25,082 nt of DNA from a virus (Duplodnaviria; Caudoviricetes): the IMG/VR virus record IMGVR_UViG_3300032301_000382, positions 1 to 25,082 of that record. The stretch is one strand, 5' to 3'. The translations under genes were made by a program, and so were the position numbers. The notes beneath the pieces are model-generated. The model searched no databases and was not told the origin of the DNA. It was given only the letters and a program-made list of their open reading frames with translations. Within the stretch, counting starts at the first letter, position 1. Each line of letters starts with the position of its first letter. Below are positions 16,137 through 24,329 of this stretch, piece by piece.

Positions 16137-16325
16137 GTGATCGGTGCGATTCTCAACATCATCGCGTCGATCCTTCGCCTCATTCCTGGTTGGAAAGAGA
16201 AACGCATTGACCGCGCCGAGGGCGAGTGGCGCAACAACCGTGATTCCATTGATCGCGATCTTGGCACTGTTGCTTGGTGGGTGCGCGACAACCAATCCCA
16301 CGACGAACACGACCGGGGCCGTTGA
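16137..16325 (+). CDS. Putative i-spanin-like protein
   Basis: Hydrophobic N-terminal anchor plus charged helix; overlaps the lipoprotein ORF. Confidence 0.5.
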   Translation: MIGAILNIIASILRLIPGWKEKRIDRAEGEWRNNRDSIDRDLGTVAWWVRDNQSHDEHDRGR

Positions 16326-16455
16326 GGCTCTGATGCGCGATGAGAACTACCCGGCTGTTCGCGATTCTTCTCCTGCCGCCCGCGCATGGGCAAAACGCGC
16401 TTTGCATTATATCAACGATTTTCAATTTGAACTGAACAGGGAGCGAGAGAAATGA
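16240..16455 (+). CDS. Lipoprotein, putative o-spanin
   Basis: VIPLIAILALLLGGC lipobox in the +1 frame; stop coupled to the portal ATG. Exact start uncertain. Confidence 0.6.
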   Translation: MIPLIAILALLLGGCATTNPTTNTTGAVEALMRDENYPAVRDSSPAARAWAKRALHYINDFQFELNREREK

Positions 16456-18323
16456 ACGCCAAAGACACACGCCGTAACGATTACTACGTCAGGATTATCG
16501 AAGCTCTCAACCAGCGCGAGACCTGGGAGAACCGGCAACGGCTGTTCTATCAGGCCCGGTACTTCGGTGTCCGCCGGAAGGTCAAGCCTTGGCCGACTGC
16601 CGCCGATCTGCACGTTCAGTTGATCGACACGGCCATTGAGAAGCTAAAGCCTTCCTTCGTCAATTCCGCCATCGGCAACGACATCCTTTCCAGCTTTGTC
16701 CCGATGCGCCAGCAGTTGACCCCTCTGACCGTTTCCGCCGAGCGTTGGTTTGACTATCAGATGCGCGAGAAGTCCAACTTCCAGAAGGAGATCGTTTCCG
16801 TCATCGACAATATCCTTCTCTATGGACGCGGGGTTTCCAAGGTGATCTGGAACGAGGACAAGAAGCGTATTGACTTCGAGGCGATTGATCCCTTCCATAT
16901 TATCGTACCTTCGTACACCAAAGAATTCAAAGATGCCGATTTCATTGTTCACATCATCTCCACGAGCGTCGATTCCTATAAGGCTAATCCCCTTTACAAG
17001 CAGGACGAAAACTTTATCAAGATCATTTCGGGTAAGCCGTCCAAATCGGTGGGCCTACGAAGTGAGATTCAGGACGAGATTTACCGCCGTGAGGGAATTA
17101 CCCAAGAAGCTGAGAATGATCGCATCATTCTTTGGGAAATGTATACGCCCTCCGAGGACGGATGGAGGGTCGAAACTTATAGTCCGCTGGTTGTCACCGA
17201 GGATGTAAGGAAACCGTTCATCCTTCCCTACCGCCACGGCGAACCTCCTTTCGTTGATTTCCCCTATGAAGTGACAGGGGGCGGTTGGTACAGTCCACGG
17301 GGAGTTGCAGAAATTCTCCTCCCTGGAGAGAATCTACTCAACAAGCTGAAGAATAGCCTGAGTGATTACGTTGAACTGGCCAACCGACCCGTTTTCGAAG
17401 CTCAGAATCCGATCAGCCTCAACACTGCCAACCTCAAGATGCAGCCCGGCCAGATCCTTCCGCAAGGTCTCAAGCCGGTGCAATTCAGCCAACCTCCCTT
17501 CGACTTCCAGCGTTTGATGCTGGAGGAGCGGATGCTTGCCGAAGCCCGTATGGGCAATCCCGATTTCGGGGCTGGTTCGCAGTACCAGGTTTCCGACCGC
17601 AAGACCGCCACCGAGATTTCGGCATTGCAGGCTCAAGCCGCTGCTTCAGGCGATCTTCGTAACCGCATTTTCCGAATGGGATTGTCCCATCTCTTCAAGC
17701 AGTGCTGGTCGCTTTATGTCCAGTACAACAAGCGTGACCTTATGTTCCGCTATGCCGAGGAGACCGGTGCGATGCCGCCCGAAGGTATCCACGAGGAATA
17801 CTCGATTGAGCCGAAGGGTGGACTGGACTTTATCAACCGCCAGTTTTCGCTCCAGAAGGCTGTCGCCCGGATGCAGATGTTCCAGGGCAATCCTTTCGTC
17901 AATCAGGGCGAACTGGTCAAGTCTGTCATCGAACAGGACGACCCCAGCCTTGTGCGCCGTCTGTTCCAAGACCCTCAAGCCGGAATGGGCGACCAGGGCG
18001 AGGATCAGGCGACTGAGATTGCGACCATGCTCGCCACCGGATTCCCAGTCCAGATCAAGCCTTCCGACGATCACAAGATCCATATCCAAGTTCTCTTCCA
18101 GTTCAACCAGGCAGCCCAAGCTCGCCAGCAACCCGTAGACCAAGTTGCCATGCAGGCGATCATGCAGCACCTCCAGCAGCACTTGGCTGCCTTGGAGCAG
18201 GTTGACCCCAACACATCCCGCGCCATCCAGAAACAGCTTCGTGATGCGGCCAAACAGGAAATGCGTGCTGCCGAGCAGATTGCTCCGCAGGCCGCACAAC
18301 CCGCCGCTCCGATGCCTGGATGA
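16452..18323 (+). CDS. Portal protein
   Basis: 623 aa after terL; YGRGVSKVIW, IDPF, WYSPRGVAE, KTATEI and DDH.IH motifs; Q-rich tail. Confidence 0.9.
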   Translation: MNAKDTRRNDYYVRIIEALNQRETWENRQRLFYQARYFGVRRKVKPWPTAADLHVQLIDTAIEKLKPSFVNSAIGNDILSSFVPMRQQLTPLTVSAERWFDYQMREKSNFQKEIVSVIDNILLYGRGVSKVIWNEDKKRIDFEAIDPFHIIVPSYTKEFKDADFIVHIISTSVDSYKANPLYKQDENFIKIISGKPSKSVGLRSEIQDEIYRREGITQEAENDRIILWEMYTPSEDGWRVETYSPLVVTEDVRKPFILPYRHGEPPFVDFPYEVTGGGWYSPRGVAEILLPGENLLNKLKNSLSDYVELANRPVFEAQNPISLNTANLKMQPGQILPQGLKPVQFSQPPFDFQRLMLEERMLAEARMGNPDFGAGSQYQVSDRKTATEISALQAQAAASGDLRNRIFRMGLSHLFKQCWSLYVQYNKRDLMFRYAEETGAMPPEGIHEEYSIEPKGGLDFINRQFSLQKAVARMQMFQGNPFVNQGELVKSVIEQDDPSLVRRLFQDPQAGMGDQGEDQATEIATMLATGFPVQIKPSDDHKIHIQVLFQFNQAAQARQQPVDQVAMQAIMQHLQQHLAALEQVDPNTSRAIQKQLRDAAKQEMRAAEQIAPQAAQPAAPMPG

Positions 18324-18838
18324 TTACTCTTCTAAGCGGGGAAAAAATAGAGTCTATTTTGGCTCATTGCCGAAAAAAGACGGACGGCTTGTTTGGAGAG
18401 GTGGGTGTATTTAACGGCGGATTTACCTGCATTCTTTCAGATATGTTTACTGATGCAAGAATTTTTGCCTATGACACATTTGAGGGTATGCCGGAAGAAT
18501 GCTGGGAAAAATCAGAGCATCATGTTGTTGGTGAATTTAAGCCCCAGTTTGATGTGCTTAAAATTCTTGGAAACAGAAAGAATGTTACAACCAGAAAGGG
18601 AATATTTCCAGAAACAATTGGAAATGAAAGCGGGTTTTGGATGGTGCATCTGGATGTTGATTTTTACCTGTCAACGCTTAATTCTCTTGTTAAATTGCGC
18701 GAGCGCATGATGCCAGGAGGTGCAATATTTCTTGATGATTGGGATTGGCCGCATTGCCCAGGAGTTAGGAGGGCGGTTGAGGAACTTGATATGAAAGCAA
18801 TTCAAACTGCGCCAAATCAGGCTATTATACAATTCTAA
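18320..18838 (+). CDS. TylF/MycF-family SAM-dependent O-methyltransferase
   Basis: EVGVFNG, YDTFEGMP, KG.F.ET, VHLDVDFY.ST, PGG.I.LDD and PGVRRAV; low GC. Confidence 0.9.
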   Translation: MITLLSGEKIESILAHCRKKTDGLFGEVGVFNGGFTCILSDMFTDARIFAYDTFEGMPEECWEKSEHHVVGEFKPQFDVLKILGNRKNVTTRKGIFPETIGNESGFWMVHLDVDFYLSTLNSLVKLRERMMPGGAIFLDDWDWPHCPGVRRAVEELDMKAIQTAPNQAIIQF

Positions 18839-19161
18839 TGAGAAAGATCAAAGCTATCCTAGCCTTCATCCGAAACCAGGAATGGGTGGACGAACCCAAG
18901 TGGGAGGATGAGGACGAGAAGGCTTGGACTGCCTTCCTTGGCACACCCACCGGCAGGCGTATCAGCCTTATTTTGCTTAATCTAACCCTGCGCCAAAACT
19001 CATCTGCAGTTATGAAAGAAGGACAGAAACTTGCAGAGGCTTGTGGTTATGCTAAAGGGTTTAGAGGTTGTGTCGCGGTTCTCGAATCGCTCGCAACCCA
19101 AAAACTAAACTCCGCCATCTCAGGCTATGGGGATGGATCGGATGAACCAGTAGCCGATTAA
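18838..19161 (+). CDS. Hypothetical head-module protein
   Basis: TAATG coupling; sits between portal and scaffold; FL.TPTG motif. Confidence 0.75.
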   Translation: MRKIKAILAFIRNQEWVDEPKWEDEDEKAWTAFLGTPTGRRISLILLNLTLRQNSSAVMKEGQKLAEACGYAKGFRGCVAVLESLATQKLNSAISGYGDGSDEPVAD

Positions 19162-19208
19162 CCTCACCGCCGAATGACTCCCGGCGAATGGGTGTAAGAA
19201 AGGGTCAA

Positions 19209-20186
19209 ATGGCTGATTCGAATAACCTGACGGAGACGGATATTCTGGCAATGGCGCAGGCGGCTGACGAGGGACGGGACTTCAATCCCATTCCCAAGGA
19301 AGACGAAAAAGCCAAAGCTGAAACACCCGCACCCGAAAAGGCCAGCGGAGATACCGAGCAGAACCCCGCGCCTGCCGAGGAAGCCGAAACCAAACAGGAA
19401 GCTTCGAGTGAAGTTTCCGCCACTGAGGAGAAATCCGAAGAGGCAAAAAGTTCTTTAACAACGCAACCTTCAGAAGACAAGTCGGAGTCGGCTTCCGAAC
19501 AAAAGAAGCCGTCCCGATACGAGAAGGCCAAGGGCAGACTCGAAAAAGAGTGGGAAGATGTCCGAGCGGAAAAAGCAAGACTCAAGGCAGAGCGTGAAGC
19601 CATCGAGCAGGCGAAAGCCCAGCGGGAGGCTTCGCAGCCTGGTTCTGAGACGCCGAAAACTGGAAATCGACGCTTTAGCGCGGACGATTACCGGGAGGCG
19701 GCAAAGAGCTATCGTGAAGAAGGCCGCGACGATCTTGCAAAGCTCGCTGAGACAAAAGCCACCGAAGTCGAGACTGAGGAGCGCAAGGAAATCGAGCAGA
19801 AAACCCAAACCGAACTAAAGTCGGCCTGGGACAAAAACCTGCTTGAGGAGGTCGAGGCCAACCCCGATCTCAAGGATTCCAATAGCTCGCTCTACAAGGC
19901 CGTCTCCGAAATGCTGCAAAACCACGCGATCCTCCGCAATTACCCTGCGGGAATCAAGGATGCGGTTGGGATTGCCAAGATCAGGCTCCAGGCGGAAACC
20001 GCCTCCGACTTGAAGAAGAAGGTTGCAGAGTATGAGCGAGAACTCGCTCAACTCAGAAAAGCGACGACACCGGCTTCCAGCCAACCGTCAGGCCCGGCCA
20101 AGACCAAATCTTTCAGCGAACTCTCGCTAGACGAGCAGGAACGCGAATTGATGAGGATGGCAGGCGAGGTTGATCGGAACGGCTAG
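19209..20186 (+). CDS. Capsid scaffolding protein (probable)
   Basis: Acidic disordered N-terminus, coiled coils and a short C-terminal helix; directly before the capsid gene; AGAAAGG RBS. Confidence 0.75.
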   Translation: MADSNNLTETDILAMAQAADEGRDFNPIPKEDEKAKAETPAPEKASGDTEQNPAPAEEAETKQEASSEVSATEEKSEEAKSSLTTQPSEDKSESASEQKKPSRYEKAKGRLEKEWEDVRAEKARLKAEREAIEQAKAQREASQPGSETPKTGNRRFSADDYREAAKSYREEGRDDLAKLAETKATEVETEERKEIEQKTQTELKSAWDKNLLEEVEANPDLKDSNSSLYKAVSEMLQNHAILRNYPAGIKDAVGIAKIRLQAETASDLKKKVAEYERELAQLRKATTPASSQPSGPAKTKSFSELSLDEQERELMRMAGEVDRNG

Positions 20187-20209
20187 TCACAACAAAGGAT
20201 ATAACTAAA

Positions 20210-21229
20210 ATGGTCACTACTGGTTCAGTAACCGCGCAGTTCCAGACGTACTTCTCGAAGGCGTTGCTGGAGCGTGCGCTCCCCTTGCTCCAGATGGAGC
20301 AGTTTGCTATGAAAACCCCCTACCCGACCAAAACGGGTGGGAACAAGACGATCCGGTTCTTCCGGTTCTCAGACCCGAGCATCAGCGCTATCGCCAACCT
20401 CTCCGAAGGCACCACGCCTTCCAGCGGTGACGAGCGCGATCTGACGCTCTCCTCGGTCGAAGCGACCCTGGTTCAGTACGGCTCCAAAATCATCCTCACC
20501 GATGTTTTGCTCGCCACTGAGCTTTTCTCGCACCTCGCCCAGGCCACCAAGCAACTCGGCGAAGACGCCGCGCTGCACGCCGACACCCTCTGCCACCGCG
20601 CTCTGGTTCAGGATTCCTCGACCAGCACTGGCACTGGCGTTGCCGTGAAGTCCTACGCTCGTTATGCCCAGAACGGCACCAACGGCACGACCTTCGGCAC
20701 GGCCTCCACCCCCAACAGCAGCATGACCGCCACCGACCTTCTGGACGGTGCGACCAGCCTGTTCATCGCCCGCGCTCCCAAGATCAAGGACGGCTACGCC
20801 CTCGTGGCGCACCCTGCCGTTATCCGCGATCTCCAGCAGGACGACGATTGGCTGAAGGTCTCCAGCTACTCCGCCCCGGATCAAATCTTCAAGGGCGAGA
20901 CTGGCAAACTGTTCGGCGTGAGCGTGATTAGCTCCACCAACGTCCAGACGTTCAACACCTCCGCCTCCGGCGTGGGTGAAGCCACGGTCAGCACCGGCGC
21001 GGTCTACGCGAATGTGTTGCTCGGTGGTGGTGCGTTTGGCGTTCCGAGCCTGTCCTCGGTCGCCGCTTCCGGCTCGCCCTTCGCTCCGAAGGTCACGATT
21101 CTGGACGCAGCCGACAAGTCCGACCCCTACGGCCAGCGCGTTGTTGCGTCCTTCAAGACGTTCTACGCCGCCAAGCAGCTCGACCCTCGGTTCTTCCGGG
21201 TGTTGTTCAGCAAGTCGAACTACTCGTAA
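20210..21229 (+). CDS. Major capsid protein (N4-gp56-like)
   Basis: G.KTIRF.R, LSEGTTP, QYG.....TD, Y..V.HP....DL..D, GE.GKL.GV and DKSDPYGQR; strong codon bias. Confidence 0.92.
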   Translation: MVTTGSVTAQFQTYFSKALLERALPLLQMEQFAMKTPYPTKTGGNKTIRFFRFSDPSISAIANLSEGTTPSSGDERDLTLSSVEATLVQYGSKIILTDVLLATELFSHLAQATKQLGEDAALHADTLCHRALVQDSSTSTGTGVAVKSYARYAQNGTNGTTFGTASTPNSSMTATDLLDGATSLFIARAPKIKDGYALVAHPAVIRDLQQDDDWLKVSSYSAPDQIFKGETGKLFGVSVISSTNVQTFNTSASGVGEATVSTGAVYANVLLGGGAFGVPSLSSVAASGSPFAPKVTILDAADKSDPYGQRVVASFKTFYAAKQLDPRFFRVLFSKSNYS

Positions 21230-21234
21230 TTCTA

Positions 21235-21579
21235 ATGGGAGCCATGCTGATTATCGGTATGGGTCCCCGGAAGGCGGGGGAGGGTAAAACCTCCCCCGCT
21301 CCTTCCACCAAGGAGAAGTCGATGAAAGAAGGTATGGTTAAACTTCCTCTGTCCATGTTCGAACTCGGTGAGGGCGAGGAAAACGCCAACCCCGAAGTCG
21401 GCGACATGGTGGAACTCGAAGGCAAGGTTGAACGGATTGACGGCGATATGGCCATCGTGAGCGTGAGCAATGCGATGTCCGAGGAGCCTGAATCCGAAGA
21501 ATCCAACAAGCCCGAGATGTCCGAGGAAGACCGGATGATGAAGATGGCCGAGGAGTCTGACAAGGAGAACTACGCCTAA
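21235..21579 (+). CDS. Hypothetical acidic, Met-rich virion-module protein
   Basis: Follows the capsid gene; TAATG-coupled to the next gene. Confidence 0.75.
   Translation: MGAMLIIGMGPRKAGEGKTSPAPSTKEKSMKEGMVKLPLSMFELGEGEENANPEVGDMVELEGKVERIDGDMAIVSVSNAMSEEPESEESNKPEMSEEDRMMKMAEESDKENYA
21274..21299 (+). terminator. Perfect 10-bp hairpin shortly after the capsid gene (attenuator or mRNA 3' stabiliser)
   Basis: GCGGGGGAGG-GTAAAA-CCTCCCCCGC; only TCCTT follows and it lies inside a CDS. Confidence 0.4.
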
Positions 21580-21869
21580 TGCCGATCTACCAGTACGAAG
21601 ACACCCGCAACGGATCTGTCGTCGAACTGGAGAAACCGGTGGCGGAACGGGACTCAGTCCCGCGTTACCTTAAAAGGTTCCAAGTGCCACAAAGATTGAG
21701 CCTAGTGGGGGTTGGCGAACCCCTCGACAACCCGCTGGGAGTCAATCAAACAAATCTTATGAAGGGGTATTACCGCCAGGAACAAAAACTTGGCAGTAGA
21801 TTCAAAAGTCAGTACACGCCAGATAGCATCAAACGTGAAACGCTAAGGAGAAAAAAATATGTCAAATGA
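21579..21869 (+). CDS. FmdB-like protein lacking the Zn cysteines
   Basis: MPIYQYED N-terminus; AAGGAG RBS. Confidence 0.7.
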   Translation: MPIYQYEDTRNGSVVELEKPVAERDSVPRYLKRFQVPQRLSLVGVGEPLDNPLGVNQTNLMKGYYRQEQKLGSRFKSQYTPDSIKRETLRRKKYVK

Positions 21870-22053
21870 GTTATTTCGCAGCCCGATTAAGGCTAAGAAT
21901 AAAACTGTAAGAATCGTGAGTACGCCCTTTGAGAACGTAATTGAGTTTACGGCAAGCTCCAGCGGTGGCACTGTTAACACCGTTGCGACCGCTCCGGCTT
22001 CGCTCAACGTGACCCTCAACGGCACTTCCTACCGCATCGCGTTGCACAGCTAA
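21859..22053 (+). CDS. Small structural protein
   Basis: AAGGAG RBS; C-terminal VTLNGTSYRIAL resembles a fibre or decoration tip. Confidence 0.7.
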   Translation: MSNELFRSPIKAKNKTVRIVSTPFENVIEFTASSSGGTVNTVATAPASLNVTLNGTSYRIALHS

Positions 22054-22295
22054 TGCGCCTTTTATCCAGACTTACTCTGGGTGAAGCGGGGACGACCATT
22101 GCAACCTCTGCTTCCACCAATGATGGATCTTTCGATGGCGTGACGGCTCTCTCGGCTGGAACCATCGGGCTGACCATCAGTGGCGTGACGCACACAGGAC
22201 TCGCCATGGCTGGCGGGGCAACGGTTGTTGGGGATATTTCCCAAGTGATCCTGTCGTCCGGTGGGCCTATCGCAATCTACGTCCGCAAGGACTAA
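22053..22295 (+). CDS. Small beta-rich structural protein
   Basis: TAATG coupling; G/T/S-rich. Confidence 0.7.
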   Translation: MRLLSRLTLGEAGTTIATSASTNDGSFDGVTALSAGTIGLTISGVTHTGLAMAGGATVVGDISQVILSSGGPIAIYVRKD

Positions 22296-22299
22296 ATTT

Positions 22300-22434
22300 G
22301 TGGTTAGGGCGTTGACGCTCTGCCTTCTGCTTGCCGGGTGCAAGCCGGAGCAGAGCGTTGACGACTTCCCAGAAACCATCTACCCTAATACCCCAACGAT
22401 GCAGAGCGCAGTTGACGCAATGGAGACAAAATAA
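22300..22434 (+). CDS. Small lipoprotein, 44 aa
   Basis: Hand translation MVRALTLCLLLAGCKPEQSVDDFPETIYPNTPTMQSAVDAMETK; AAGGA RBS; TAATG coupling. Not in the ORF track. Confidence 0.7.
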   Translation: MVRALTLCLLLAGCKPEQSVDDFPETIYPNTPTMQSAVDAMETK

Positions 22435-22838
22435 TGGGCCGCCAGTGGAACACGATTATTGAGAGCTTGGGACCGCTTTCCGGCGGGACCATGTCGATTA
22501 ACGCCAATCTTACTGAGATTGAGGCGTTGCTTACCACGCTTCAGGCGGATGTGGCCGATGGGATTCCGCCCATTCGTGGCACCACCAGTACCGGAACTCT
22601 GACTGCTGGCACGACCAACGGAACCCTGTTCGCCACCAACTCCACCCGCAACTATCTTCTGGTGCAATGCACCAGCGGAACTGTGTTTATTGACACCAAC
22701 GGCACGGCCAGCGCGACCGATGACATCCAGCTTACCGCTGGTCAGGGCATTACTTGGGAGGGATCATTCATCCCAACCGGTGCGATTGCGGCGATTACTT
22801 CCACGGGAACTGCCAGAGTCATCGGAGTGCAGGGTTAG
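22434..22838 (+). CDS. Structural protein (coiled coil plus beta-sandwich)
   Basis: Thr/Gly-rich; N.TR.YLLVQ and P.GAI.AI segments. Confidence 0.75.
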   Translation: MGRQWNTIIESLGPLSGGTMSINANLTEIEALLTTLQADVADGIPPIRGTTSTGTLTAGTTNGTLFATNSTRNYLLVQCTSGTVFIDTNGTASATDDIQLTAGQGITWEGSFIPTGAIAAITSTGTARVIGVQG

Positions 22839-22841
22839 TTT

Positions 22842-23585
22842 ATGGGCTTCTTCGGCGGCGGCGGCAGTAGCGTGGATCTGGCCAGTCCTCCGGCCATCGG
22901 TTCCACCACGCCGAACACGGGGGCGTTTACCACGCTGTCGGCAAACAATGGAACGCTAACCTCAAGCTCTCCAGCCTTTACCCTTGCCCAGACATGGAAC
23001 AATGCAGGTGTGGTGTTTACGGCCTTGCGAGCCAATGTAACCGATACGGCCAGCAATTCTGCGAGCTTGCTGATGGATTTGCAGGTTGGGGGAAGTAGTA
23101 GGGCATATATAAACAAGTCTGGACATATTATTGGTACCTCATTCATCTCGCTTGCAAGTGGGTTTGGTGGAATAAGCGACCAAGGAACTGAAAAAGGCCC
23201 GTTTTGTGCTTCAAGTGGGGCTATGTGTTTTGGAGGAAACGGAGGTGCGCCATTTCTAAGGTATGATGGAGCAGCAAATATCCTTGCCCAACGCAACGGA
23301 ACCAACGCCCAAACCTTCCGCCTCTATCGCACTTACACCGATGCCTCAAATTACGAGCGGCTTGGTTTCCTAGCTACTAACACAACCCGCTACACCATCA
23401 CATCCGAAAACGCTGGAACTGGTTCGGCTAGGTCTTTGGAGGTTTCTTTTTATACAGCGGCCTCTGATCCGACCAGCACTGGCATTACCTCTGGTTGCTT
23501 TTCCGTCTGGAAAAACTCCGGCACAGGCACGATCAAGCTCTGGGCCAATGACGGAGGCACGATGAAATCCGTGGCACTCGCCTAA
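22842..23585 (+). CDS. Fibre/spike-like structural protein
   Basis: PPAIGSTTPNTGAFTTL, AQTWNNAGVVFT, LAQRNGTNAQTFRLY.TYTDASNYER and LWANDGGT.KSVAL. Confidence 0.75.
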   Translation: MGFFGGGGSSVDLASPPAIGSTTPNTGAFTTLSANNGTLTSSSPAFTLAQTWNNAGVVFTALRANVTDTASNSASLLMDLQVGGSSRAYINKSGHIIGTSFISLASGFGGISDQGTEKGPFCASSGAMCFGGNGGAPFLRYDGAANILAQRNGTNAQTFRLYRTYTDASNYERLGFLATNTTRYTITSENAGTGSARSLEVSFYTAASDPTSTGITSGCFSVWKNSGTGTIKLWANDGGTMKSVALA

Positions 23586-23588
23586 TTT

Positions 23589-23741
23589 ATGAAACAAATC
23601 CACCTCACCGAAGAACAGGCCAAAAACACCATGCAACTCCTCGACCTCGCCGTGAAGGCGGGAGGTCTGAACGCCTCCGTCTTGGCTTTGCCGATTGCAC
23701 AGGCGATTGAGGAACAGCTAACGAAAGAGGAATCGAAATGA
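23589..23741 (+). CDS. Putative fibre assembly chaperone, 50 aa
   Basis: Hand translation MKQIHLTEEQAKNTMQLLDLAVKAGGLNASVLALPIAQAIEEQLTKEESK. Confidence 0.7.
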   Translation: MKQIHLTEEQAKNTMQLLDLAVKAGGLNASVLALPIAQAIEEQLTKEESK

Positions 23742-23917
23742 CATTTACAATCGAAATCACAGACCCATCACATCTTTCTGGAATCACCGCCGCCCGTGAG
23801 GCAAGGAACGCATCCTTGCCTGATGATTCAGGCGAGAGGCTCACTACGGATGCCGAATACGTGCAGTTCGTCATGGCCTCGGCGGCAGAGAGCTATTCCA
23901 AGCAGTATAGTGCATGA
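23738..23917 (+). CDS. Putative fibre-associated small protein, 59 aa
   Basis: ATGA coupling, GAGG RBS; MTFTIEITDPSHLSGITAAREARNASLP...DAEYVQFVMASAAESYSKQYSA. Confidence 0.7.
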   Translation: MTFTIEITDPSHLSGITAAREARNASLPDDSGERLTTDAEYVQFVMASAAESYSKQYSA

Positions 23918-23968
23918 GTGATGCCGTCCAGTTTGTCGCCCCGCCCGTGCCGGAGGGGATGTGAATTT

Positions 23969-24038
23969 GAAAACCCGCAGTAGCTTCGGCGAAACGGCCC
24001 CCCTCCCGCAGGGTGAGGGTGTGTTTTTCGGGGAGGGG
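23969..24038 (+). ncRNA. Putative cis-regulatory RNA (bulged-G/loop-E hairpin plus SD-sequestering stem)
   Basis: CCG-C-AGUA-GC-UUCG-GC-GAA-A-CGG (23975-23997); CCCCUCCCG can pair with CGGGGAGGGG, which contains the SD. Confidence 0.55.
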
Positions 24039-24047
24039 ATCTAGTCC

Positions 24048-24329
24048 ATGTGGAAAACCGTCGCCATCTGGCTCACCAATTTGAGTTTGCGTTTCTTGAT
24101 GACGCAAAAGGAGTACGCCTGTTTCAGGGAGGCGTTGAGGTTTGCAGGGGAGAACAACACGGTGGCGAGGGAAACGAAGTACATCGGGAAGGTGAAGCAC
24201 CTGCTATCCGTCAACCGCTCGATCAAGCGCATTGTGGAGGAGGGTCGGGATCGGGACGAGATTGTGGACGCTGTCGTGCATCTGGCCGTTGCGTTAAAGT
24301 ATCTGGAGGGTAGGGGTCGTGAGTCTTGA
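24048..24329 (+). CDS. Hypothetical protein
   Basis: GGAGG RBS; 93 aa, helical. Confidence 0.7.
   Translation: MWKTVAIWLTNLSLRFLMTQKEYACFREALRFAGENNTVARETKYIGKVKHLLSVNRSIKRIVEEGRDRDEIVDAVVHLAVALKYLEGRGRES

Noticed and set aside
1334-20884. Long antisense ORFs (e.g. 3159-3884, 8602-9306, 17646-18299)
   Set aside because: They lie fully opposite well-supported genes and are explained by GC-rich codon bias.
23923-23998. Type III hammerhead ribozyme (GCCGUC ... GC-UUCG-GC-GAAACGGC)
   Set aside because: Stem III and GAAAC fit, but the required CUGANGA core is absent (CCGCAGUA instead) and there is no convincing stem I.
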